Source: Paraspadella gotoi (Eukaryota > Animalia > Chaetognatha). From it: 64,000 bases of DNA. The notes under the pieces were generated by a model. It saw only the letters and a program-made list of their open reading frames with translations. It did not search any database and had not been told where the DNA came from. This document shows, in pieces, positions 1 to 50,623 of this stretch (positions are counted from its first letter, which is position 1; each line of letters starts with the position of its first letter). Both the position numbers and the translations under genes were made by a program. The stretch is taken from assembly GCA_051294375.1 (NCBI GenBank), contig CM119265.1, positions 21,106,555 to 21,170,554 on the forward strand, read 5' to 3'.

Positions 1-1700
1 GAAAGCTATGAATAGAGATGGGAAGAGATGAAAAGAGATGACGGGGCGGAGACTCGTTGATGGAGACATAAAAAATGTAGAGTAGCGATAAACCACTTGT
101 TGTCAAATGCCCCGCAATCCGAGATGAGAAGACCGGCCATAACTTTCCTCGCTTTAGACGAGTCTCGCTTGACCCGGTGCCGGTCGTCGAGGTTGGTCAG
201 GTCGAGTGAGTTGGTCGGTCGGTCGGTCGGAGTGACGGTAAGTTAAGAATGCGTACGTTTAAAAGAGTTTAAAGAGTTAAAAAAGTTATTTAAATTAAAA
301 AAAAGTTATTTAAATTGACTGTCATTTCTTCGCCATCGGCTGCTCTTTTTAAATATCGATTGAAAAAATCTAATAAAAAATAACTACTATTATTTAAACA
401 AAAATCTCGCACAATTAGAGGACAAAATAGTTGGTTAGTGAGCAAATTCGTTAGTTGGCAAAGTTCGTTAGTTCGTTAGTCCATTTTTTGCGACGTGTCG
501 CTCTTCGTTCAACCCCCTCCCTCATCCTAACCGAACACCGTCCACAAATCGAGTTGAATCCAAATAATCCAAAAATCGTTGCTATCGCCGGCAAGAAGAA
601 ATGCGAAAATTCGCAAGCTTTCAAAATCTCCAGGCGACAAAAGAAATTATTCTCAAAGTGACGGAGAGCGACAACGTTAGTAAAATTAGACAGTCCGTTT
701 TAAAATATTGGAGGCCTTCGGACCCTCCGGAAACGTGTAAAAAAAATAATAAAAAAATTGAAAGGTCAATATTTATTTTAAAAAATATTTCTGCCCTACA
801 TTCGACAAACGTCATATATAGCGACGAAGAGAAAATTTTTTATAGCGCACTCTCGTCGATATGCAGGGGAAACCAGGTTTATCCTCTAACCCAATTTATT
901 TTTTTCATACGGATTAACGCTACGTCGACGTCGCTTCACGTGAAGCGAAGGGTCGAGTTTAACATCTACACGCGCAGATGTGGGACTTTACCCGGGGAAT
1001 ACCCACTTAATTACTTATAATTATCACTTAAATATACATATAAATATCACACACCCCACCCCACTTAAGTAGCGGTAGCGCACAGAAACGTGGGGACCGA
1101 ACAAAGCCGATGCACCATGTCACTATACTCTAGCTACGAGATAGTTTTCTGACGATTCTCTTGGCCTATATAAAACACAGGGTTTGTAATATCTATTGTA
1201 ATATATATAAGGTAAACAAATACAAAATAATATTTAAAGGGAAACGTTTCCTTCGGAGCCACGGCTAAAACTACCAAGATTTCGCGACAGAATCGACGAA
1301 GTACAATTGTTTACATTTTATAAAGAAAGAAAAGTGGTCATTTCTAAAACACTGGGCCGAGATTTCTTTGGGTTGCACCAGAGTATTCTGACAGTATTTT
1401 GATGCTAGTGCGGAGTACAATAAGTATTCCCCGATCTAATACTTAAGGGAGTGGTCTTTTCATACAATTGAAACATTCTTTGAAATATTTTCCACTTCAT
1501 TGATAGGGAAGCCAGGTACTCTGGGAGTGAATAAACGAGACTGTGAGAGAGTCTTGATTGAAAGCTTGCAGGGACCTGCTATGTCATTATCTTGTAAGAG
1601 TGATGGAGGCCTTAAACCACCAAAGCCTGTCCAAAGTCAGGGGCAAGATAGCTTATTTATTAAATGAATGGATAATTTTTATATTGGTTGTACCAATTTC

Positions 1701-2372
1701 ATTATACTATATTATTATGAATGTAATTGTTATATATATAATATATAGAATATTAAATGTATATTATATTTGTTATTATAAATTATTATTATTAAATATT
1801 ACATATTATGCTGAGACCAAAAAAACCTAACTATGCGAAATAATATTTCTCAAAGTTATATTACTTTAATTAATTTGTTTTATTCTAAAAATATCATTAT
1901 TTGAAGCGATATAAATCATAAATCTACAGCCGTCATAAATCCGTTAATTATCTCACGTGACCTCACCGGAGTTGAAATCGCATCGTCAATCGATCATTCG
2001 ATCTTCCTCTCTCTCTCTTTTCATCAGACTCATCTTAATATTCATCTTCATTTCCTCCCTTCCTTCTCATCTATGTACTTTTCTTTCCTTCCTTCTCTAC
2101 GTCTTCATTATTATTTCCTCCCTCCCCCCCCCTGCCCCCTCAGCGTCCCGCCAATTTCCCATCCCTACCTTCCTCGTCTTCCCATCAAAACCACATTTCC
2201 TTTTCCTCGGGAAATTCGCTGGAATAAATCTTTTTCCCCGACTCCATTTATTTTCTTCCCATCAATGAACCCTTCCTCCTTCGTCGTCGTCTTCCTCGTC
2301 CTCCTCCTCCTCCTCCTCCTCCTCGTTTTCCCTCTTTCCTCCTCATTACCTTTCCTCTTACGCTGCCTCGGC

Positions 2373-2454
<82 letters not shown>

Positions 2455-3214
2455 GTGCGAGGCTCTCCGCGCAGAATAATGTTCTCATTAAGGCCGTCGG
2501 ACGTCGAGGTTTTTTAGAGGGTACGGGGGGGAGGTANNNNNNNNNNNNNNNNNNNNNNNNNNNNNNNNNNNNNNNNNNNNNNNNNNNNNNNNNNNNNNNN
2601 NNNNNNNNNNNNNNNNNNNNNNNNNNNNNNNNNNNNNNNNNNNNNNNNNNNNNNNNNNNNNNNNNNNNNNNNNNNNNNNNNNNNNNNNNNNNNNNNNNNN
2701 NNNNNNNNNNNNNNNNNNNNNNNNNNNNNNNNNNNNNNNNNNNNNNNNNNNNNNNNNNNNNNNNNNNNNNNNNNNNNNNNNNNNNNNNNNNNNNNNNGAA
2801 ATAATAATGAAGACGTAGAGAAGGAAGGAAAGAAAAGTACATAGATGAGAAGGAAGGGAGGAAATGAAGATGAATATTAAGATGAGTCTGATGAAAAGAG
2901 AGAGAGAGGAAGATCGAATGATCGATTGACGATGCGATTTCAACTCCGGTGAGGTCACGTGAGATAATTAACGGATTTATGACGGCTGTAGATTTATGAT
3001 TTATATCGCTTCAAATAATGATATTTTTAGAATAAAACAAATTAATTAAAGTAATATAACTTTGAGAAATATTATTTCGCATAGTTAGGTTTTTTTGGTC
3101 TCAGCATAATATGTAATATTTAATAATAATAATTTATAATAACAAATATAATATACATTTAATATTCTATATATTATATATATAACAATTACATTCATAA
3201 TAATATAGTATAAT
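1701..3214. repeat. Inverted duplication (1701-2117 vs 2798-3214) abutting an N gap
   Basis: An apparently identical reverse-complement copy starts exactly at the gap edge; the ORF track shows identical peptides on both strands. Confidence 0.8.
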
Positions 3215-4055
3215 ATAATAGAATATGATATAATTGCACTGATGGTCGAAATAGAAAGTCAAGCAAAGTGTTTTGACCTGGAGACTTAAAAAATAATTTT
3301 CTTTGATAAAATTTTTTTTAACATTGCATTAGGATTTCAAAATATAAATCTTTAGGGGTTAATTAATTAAACTGAACAGTTTCTACTCAGAAGTAGACGT
3401 GCATTTGTTTCCATAGTTTTGCTCTCTCTCCGGAACGGCGCGCCGGTATTTGAAAGAAAAGAGAAACAAAAGAGCATTAAGAAGAATGGATTAAAGTTTA
3501 TTATGTATTACTATTAGATAGCAGGTATAAAATATAGACAAACTTACTTTTTTTTATAAAATATAAGAGATAAGAGATAAGAGATAAGAGATAAGAGATA
3601 AGAGATAGGAGATAAAAAAGATACTAAAGGTTCCAGCGGGATTCCTCCCGCACGGTAGTATCGTCGATACTAAGTACTTGGAACAATTATTAAATGAAAG
3701 AAAAATATATGTCTATCAACGCAGGAAATGGATACATGGATCTGATAGAGTTTTGGGTAAGTGTAAGTGTGTAAGTGCACCGGACAGTCACCTTAAAATT
3801 ATGGACATTATTATTATGTACAATAGAAAAATATAACGCTGTTCCTTTGTTATCTAATTGATTTAGTGTTTGCCCACGCGAGCTCGCTAATTGTCTGTTG
3901 TGGGAAAACCGAGTATTGGAGCAAACAAAAGTTGTTTTTGAAAATAAAATTCGCTTTTGCAAGGCTACCGCCAAAAATCAAATTTCTTTAGGAATGAATG
4001 ATTGTTATGAAAATATCAGGTTACGTACACCTTTATCTATACTTTTATTTTTATC

Positions 4056-4075
4056 TTTTTCTTTCTTTCTTTCTT

Positions 4076-4131
<56 letters not shown>

Positions 4132-4134
4132 TTT

Positions 4135-4221
<87 letters not shown>

Positions 4222-4222
4222 C
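4056..4222. repeat. (TTTC)n microsatellite
   Basis: Seen directly. Similar arrays occur at 38836-38907, and (AG/CT)n and (GTC)n arrays are common throughout the window. Confidence 0.9.
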
Positions 4223-4394
4223 TCATTTATCCTTTCCCTTGATTTTCTAATTTGTCAAGTTTTGAACTCTGAATCACGGATAATATCTGGACGGATAAAT
4301 AGATCATTAAAAATAAGAAACGTAATATCATCATAAGCAAAGAATTTCTTCAATGAAAATTCCATGTTGATCGTGAGTCCCCTAGGAAGGCGTC

Positions 4395-4526
4395 ACAAAA
4401 CGCCTTGGAGACGTGAATGAACGAGCGCCAACCTTTTCACGCAAAAACGGAAGTTGCTTTGAGTTGCGTCTCTCGCCCGGGTATGTGCGCGCACCGCCAC
4501 GTAGGGAAGAGAGAGAGAGGAAGGAG

Positions 4527-4615
<89 letters not shown>

Positions 4616-4930
4616 GAACGAAAGTACCCTGAGAAAATGACCTGTGCGCTCGCGTAGTAGATAGCGCGAGCGCGCGGTTTCTTTGTTGCGTCCGGGAGAG
4701 CGCGATATTGCGAGAGTGCGAGAGTTCCGAGAGCGGGCGAGAGCGCGAGAGAGATTAATCCGCTTCGCGATACATAATAAATGCACGTGACCAGCATCGC
4801 GCGTGAAGTCGAAGCACAAAAACTGAAGACGACGTCGACGTCGACGACGACGACTATGACGACGACCAGAAAAGGAAAGAAAGATCGCGCTCGAAGGTAG
4901 ATCGACGGCGTCTCTTATATTCAAATCGCG
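4395..4930. promoter_or_regulatory. CpG-rich promoter-like region upstream of NDRG
   Basis: Dense CG/CGCG, ETS-like CGGAAGT (~4448), GTGCGCGCAC palindrome, E-box CACGTG (~4784) and a GAGA tract. Motif inference only. Confidence 0.35.
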
Positions 4931-5784
4931 AATCACAAATCCAACTGCAAAACTTTTTTTTTTCGCCGACAATATAATTTTTTTTTCTTTCGTCTTTCAA
5001 AATTTTAATAAATCCACTGAAAAGGTAAATTATAAGAGAAAAAATTGTTGTATTTTCAATTTTTTTAGAACAAGCTTTGTTATTAATGATTTGGCAACAA
5101 AAAAAAATGACGACGTTAATTAAAACGTTCAATTTTATCGACGCACCCAATTTCGCCGCCTTCACCGCCTTCGCCGCCTCCGCCGCCTCCGCCGCCTTCG
5201 CCGCCTCCGCCTCCGCCGCTCCTCCGCCGCCTCCGCCGCCTCCGCCCCCGCCTCCGCCGCCATCAAATTCGCAACTCGTCAATATTAATTAAGCTCCATC
5301 AAAAGAAAGAAAAAATCCGATGGCGAGTTTCAAGACTCGAACAAGCCAATTACAAATGGAATCAAAAGAAGACGACAAACTTTTGACGTCCAAGTTTTTC
5401 CGATAAATGTTTTTTTTCCTTTTTGTTTCGTTTCTTTGCTTTTCTTATGTTGAAAAGGGAGGGGGGAATCTTGGTCTAATAAAGGGGAGAGCGTTGATGG
5501 AGAATGAACATTCACTGTTCATTGAACAGCTGAGAAAAATCAAGTTAAAATGGTTAATTCGGTTTTAAATTTAGATTCATTATATTTTTAGATAAATTAA
5601 AAGATTATTTTTATTAGTTTTTTAGTTTGTTTAGTCAAAATATACGTAGATTTTTTTTTTTCAAATTAAATTAAAAAAAATATGCAACTGTTATGGGCTA
5701 GTTCCCGACTCGAACACGGGAAAGTCTGTCTGTTACACAGATGTGGTAACCACAACACCATAACACTTGCCTTTTGAACGCAAT

Positions 5785-6128
5785 TTTGACATCCACATAC
5801 TAACGAATTGCTAACTATGTGAACTTGTGAAAAAGATATTGCCCGCTTTCGAACCAGGGACATCCTGCGTGTTAACTATAAAATCAGATAGTTGTAAATG
5901 AAACATTAATTGTCTGCCGCTCATTTCAAGGTGAAGATGCCTTATGATACTTGCTATTTTGAGAGCTTTTTGATATCCACATACTAAAGAATTGCTAATT
6001 CTGTGACCCTGTGAAAAAGATATTGCCCGCTTTCCAACCAGGTTTGACCAACAGATAGTTAATATTAGTTAGTATTAGTTATAAATGAAACATTAATTGT
6101 CTGCCGCTCATTTCAGGGTGAAGATTCC
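5785..6128. repeat. ~180-bp tandem duplication
   Basis: ATCCACATACTAA..GAATTGCTAA, GTGAAAAAGATATTGCCCGCTTTC and TAAATGAAACATTAATTGTCTGCCGCTCATTTCA each occur twice. Confidence 0.8.
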
Positions 6129-7103
6129 CAATGATTTCATAAGGCTTTAATACCAAAAAAAAAAAACAACAGACGTATGGGTCATGAAAAACGGACGGGT
6201 TGAAAGAGAGACGAAGCATAGCCTCGAATCCAATCGCCATCTAGAGTAAACAGATTTTTAAAGAAAAAAACAAAAGATTACCAGACAAAAGGCAAACAAA
6301 TGAAGCTCGCGGAAAAAAAGGAAAGGCGCATTATTTTCCAATTTCCAGTCTCGACTCTTGATTGCGAATCTCAGTCACAAGACTCACAAATCCTACGCCA
6401 CCATTTTTTCTTTTTCTTTTTACTCTTTATCCTTTTTTTTTTTTAAATCTAGAATTGGAAAGGAAATAGGAAATTGCGCGCCGAGGTTATTAGCATATCT
6501 GCCTGAAAATGGAAGAGTCAACCAGGAGAAGAAAAAAGATAAGGAAGGAAAGAAAAGGAAAAGGAGAAATAAAGGAAAAAGAAAATTTCCCGTCTCTCTT
6601 TTCTTTCACTATCGTGTTTCGTTAAAATTGTTTTCTCTTTTTTTTTTTCTTTTATCAAAGGCAAAAGAAAAGAAACTAAACCGGCGAATCGCTGGGGAGG
6701 AAAGAAACCACGGAAATAAAAACGATATAAATTTAAAAACAAAAAAGAAAAGAAAGAAGAAAAAGAGAGAGAGAGAGAAAAAAAAAGAAAAGTCACGCGC
6801 GCGCATGTTTTCTGCCGCGCGCCGCCTTCGTCGCTGCGATCGTCACGAAATCGCGCGACTCGGATTTTCGACCAAAGAACGAGACAGAGTCACGCGCGGA
6901 TTTTGAAGAACCGGACCGGATATATACATATTTATATATATTTACCAAAGAAAAAAAAAAGAGGGAGAGAGAGAGAGAGAGACGGAGAAAAAATAAATAA
7001 AAAGGAAAGAAAAACGTGGCTCCCTCTCTGTGTGCGTGTCTCTCTCTCAAACGGCCTTTCCTTGACTCCCGTCCCTCCGCTTTCAATCGCCGTCCCCGTC
7101 GTC

Positions 7104-16808
<9,705 letters not shown>

Positions 16809-18183
16809 GGCATCGCGCCAAATTTGCGAAGCCCTGTCCATAGGGGGTGGGCGCGACAGGGAGCGAGAAAATGAGTGGGATTTGAATTGCAAAACCGAGA
16901 GTGACCGAGTTACCAAAAGCCCGGGAGATTTTAATTTTGTTTGTTTTTTTTCCCTGACGAACCCAATTAGTTTTAACTCTATTAACATATAAAACACTAA
17001 GAGAGAATTAATGTTTAATTAATTTACTCGCGCACTGAAGATAAATTATATATTTGTTGCCTTTTAAAATCTCGCATTAATTTTGGTTTGAAATATTTAT
17101 AAAAAAAATGTATAGAGGGAGATGTGCATTCACTTGCGGAAGCTGAATTTGTTTTTTAGATGAACTTTATTTAAAAAAAACAAGCTTTTTCATTCGCTTT
17201 GTGGAAGATAGTTGGGTCTTGGTTTTCAAACTTATCTTAGCGATGAATAAGCTTTTTTTAGAAAAATGACGAAATGTCTCCCCAATATTATTTTTCGATA
17301 TTCGTTGAAATCTTGATTGTTGACCGTGAAAAAATTGGTAGCCTTGCAATTTTTTGGTGGTTTTCCTTCAGGTAAATCACGAAGTTTTGAATTATTACCC
17401 CAGGTTTTTACGTTTTCAAAAAAATATTATTCTCGTTTCATTTAATACATAAAGGACGACCGATTTTATTTTACAATGACGTCAAACAGATTAAGTGATA
17501 ACGACTTACAGAATTATTTACGAAATTTTTTCATCTTTTTGCAATTTTTTTCAAAGAAGCATATATTTACGTTTTATCAAACAAAAAATACGAGTACCTG
17601 TAAGCGTGTATGGAAGAGTATCGTTGCACGCGCAATAATTTAAATTATGAAGAATTTTTTTTTTTTTTGCCAACTGTGATGATTGTGCATAGAAACATCA
17701 TTTATTGGAGCGAATCGTGAATTTTTCCGACCCTTAACCTTTAACCCAATCAAAATAAAAGAATCGAATCCTAGAGATGAAATCACTCTGTTGTTAATAT
17801 TTCCAATGGTGCTGTTTCCATGTCGTGAAAAAAATTATGTATTAGTGATATATTGTGTTTGTTAGATGTTTTAAGTATTTTTCGGTTGTCTCTTGCAAGT
17901 CTTGCATAAGTGCGTAGCTTAATTACCTCTCCATTCCTCATTCATCCATTCCTTGCTTTTACAATTTACAGTCAATGTTTCCCAATGTTGTAGTTGTTTA
18001 CAAAAAGAATAAATTGTTTTCATTTTTTAACTCTAAAATGGATGTTGTTGATCGATTACTGTAACTAAGTCAGGAAATTTCGCTAAAAAGGTATTGTGTC
18101 GTCCATAGTATTATATTTTACAAATACTTTTACTGCTTATATTGAACGGTTCTGTCATTAACACTTATCAATAATTACTGTCT

Positions 18184-18506
18184 TATGGCAACAGCGCGGG
18201 TTGCCTGTGATGCCCATTGGGATGGGGCATCTCACTGTTGGCTTTGGGGGCTTCCGACCCTCAGTGACGCCTCCAGTCACTGGCGCGGTTACCCGAGGAC
18301 GGTCTCGCTTTGCCAACGCAGAGGGAAGTCATTAGGACTGTGGATGGAACACTACACCTGGGATGGTGTGTTCCCCTCTGAGCCAATGGATTTGGCTGAA
18401 GGATGGTGACATGAGGCGGTGTGAATATGCCGCCACAGGATCCCCGGGCAAGACATCACTCAGGTTCCTCAAGCCTGAGAGGTGTCTGACAAGACTGTTA
18501 CCATAG
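18184..18506 (+). repeat. Multi-hairpin interspersed repeat, copy 1 (longest)
   Basis: The ~255-nt core (18184-18438) is shared with 19295-19556 and, in reverse, 28187-28443. The ends TATGGCAACAG and CTGTTACCATA are near-complementary. Confidence 0.85.
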
Positions 18507-18536
18507 TGGGAGAGAGAGAGAGAGAGCACGAGTTGA

Positions 18537-18635
18537 GGGGCATAGGCGTTTGTCGTAGAGTACCCCAGGGGCATAGGCGTTTGTCGTAGCGTACCCGAAG
18601 TTGGCAGGGCATAGGCGTTTGTCGTAGCGTACCCT
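18537..18635. repeat. Three copies of a 28-bp GC-rich unit
   Basis: GGGCATAGGCGTTTGTCGTAG(A/C)GTACCC x3 with 3-10 nt spacers. Confidence 0.85.
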
Positions 18636-18669
18636 GAGAAAGTTGCGTGTTCGATAGTAGGCTCACACA

Positions 18670-19283
18670 TAAGCGTAGTAAAATTTCTAATTTAACTTTA
18701 ATTAAAATTCCTAAACAGTGGGGAACGAACAACCATTATACTAATGACATTTATGTATAAAAATTTAGTAATAAATTTTTCAATTTACGCAGTAGGCCAT
18801 AATTTATACTAGTACTAATTCCAATAAATGTTTAAAATTTCAAAACAGTTTTTCTAAGATTTTTTTGCAGATTTGGACTTCCTTCATAAAAAGTTGATAA
18901 AAAGAAAATATAACTCTTTTAAAAAATTCCTTCATTCTAAGTGGGTCAAAAATTAGAAAAAGCTATATTTTTAAGCTGAAAATTAACTTTTTATATATTA
19001 ATATAGTTTTTTGTAATTTTTAACTCCACTTAATGAAAGAATTTTAAAAAAATAATTTATATATTTCTTTATCAACTTTTGACGAGGAATCAAATCTGCA
19101 TGCAAATTAAGAAGCCTATTTTGAAATTTTTCGAATTTTATAAGGATAGTACTATATATAAAATATAGCCTACTGCGAAATTAAAAACATAAAATATTTT
19201 TTTTACAAATTAATGTTCACTGATGGTATATTGTTCATAATTGACCTTTAGAATTTCGTACCGTAACTTTCACCTACGCCTTA
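18670..19283. mobile_element. AT-rich foldback MITE, hAT-like
   Basis: Long imperfect inverted arms (e.g. CGCAGTAGGC / GCCTACTGCG, GCAGATTTG / CAAATCTGC), termini TAAGCGTAG / CTACGCCTTA, and a degenerate 8-bp flanking repeat CTCACACA / CTCACCAC. Confidence 0.65.
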
Positions 19284-19294
19284 CTCACCACTTG

Positions 19295-19556
19295 TATGGG
19301 CAACAGCCGGTTGCCCTGTGATGCCCATCTGGATGGGGCATCTCACTGTTGCGTTTGGGGGCGTTCCGACCCTCAGTGACGCCCTCCAGTCCTAGCGCGG
19401 TTACCCTTTTCTAGGACGGTCTCGCTTGCAACGCAAGAGGAAGTCATTAGGACTGTGGATGGAACAACTACGCCTGGGATGGTGTGTTCCCCCTCTGAGC
19501 CAATGGATTTGGCTGAATGATGGTGGACGTGAGGCGGTGTGAATATACCGCCACAG
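19295..19556 (+). repeat. Multi-hairpin interspersed repeat, copy 2
   Basis: Alignable by eye to 18184-18438 with small indels. Confidence 0.85.
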
Positions 19557-20072
19557 TCTCTTCAATACGCCTTATTTTCGGTATAATTTATAAAAACTTC
19601 AGGTACATATAGAATAAAAAACAGGGCAAAGATTTAAACAAATAAAGGGGTTAAAATATCAGAACAATCCAGAGCTAAAGCGGATTTTATGAGAATAAAT
19701 TCCACAACAATATGCCGTTGTCGCTCTATTCCTAAAACATACGTGACCACATTTGGTAGAAGTCATACTCAGCGCTGAGCTATAAACGTCACCAAAAAAA
19801 AGGCTTTTAGCAATCAAACGAAAATTTTCTCCCAAGCTGCGCGGCACATAATAATCTGAGATAAGGAAAGGCTCGGAGGCACGTCGGAAGAAAAAAAAAG
19901 GAATATAAAAAGAAGTTTAGTTTCATCCGTTTCTCGCACTTCCTCTCTTTTTTTATGATTCGAATAATTTTTAACGTTTGTTGTCGATTCTTCTTTTTGC
20001 AAAGGTCGCGCTTAATCCGCTCTAACGGCGGAAGTCAACCTTTTAAAAAATCGTTTTTCCTATGAATTTTAT

Positions 20073-20113
<41 letters not shown>

Positions 20114-20156
20114 CAGAGAGAGAGATAGGAGAGACACAAAGAGAAACAGAGATAGA

Positions 20157-20219
<63 letters not shown>

Positions 20220-20329
20220 CGGTCCCCTACCTATAACATATTAAATCACCAAGATAGTGATAAAGTCGTTCATTAATCCATTCATTCGTTCATCTCATTC
20301 ACCGATCCTTATCCTTTTTCTCGATTCAG

Positions 20330-50623
<30,294 letters not shown>

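Noticed and set aside
1701-3214. Large biological inverted repeat or foldback transposon
   Set aside because: The arms look identical and one begins exactly at an N gap, consistent with a mis-oriented contig end.
18184-18438. Known RNA gene (RNase P, SRP, U snRNA, tRNA) or protein-coding ORF
   Set aside because: Diagnostic conserved motifs were not found by eye, and indels between copies break the ORF.
18537-18635. CRISPR-like array
   Set aside because: Spacers are only 3-10 nt, there are no cas genes, and the context is eukaryotic.
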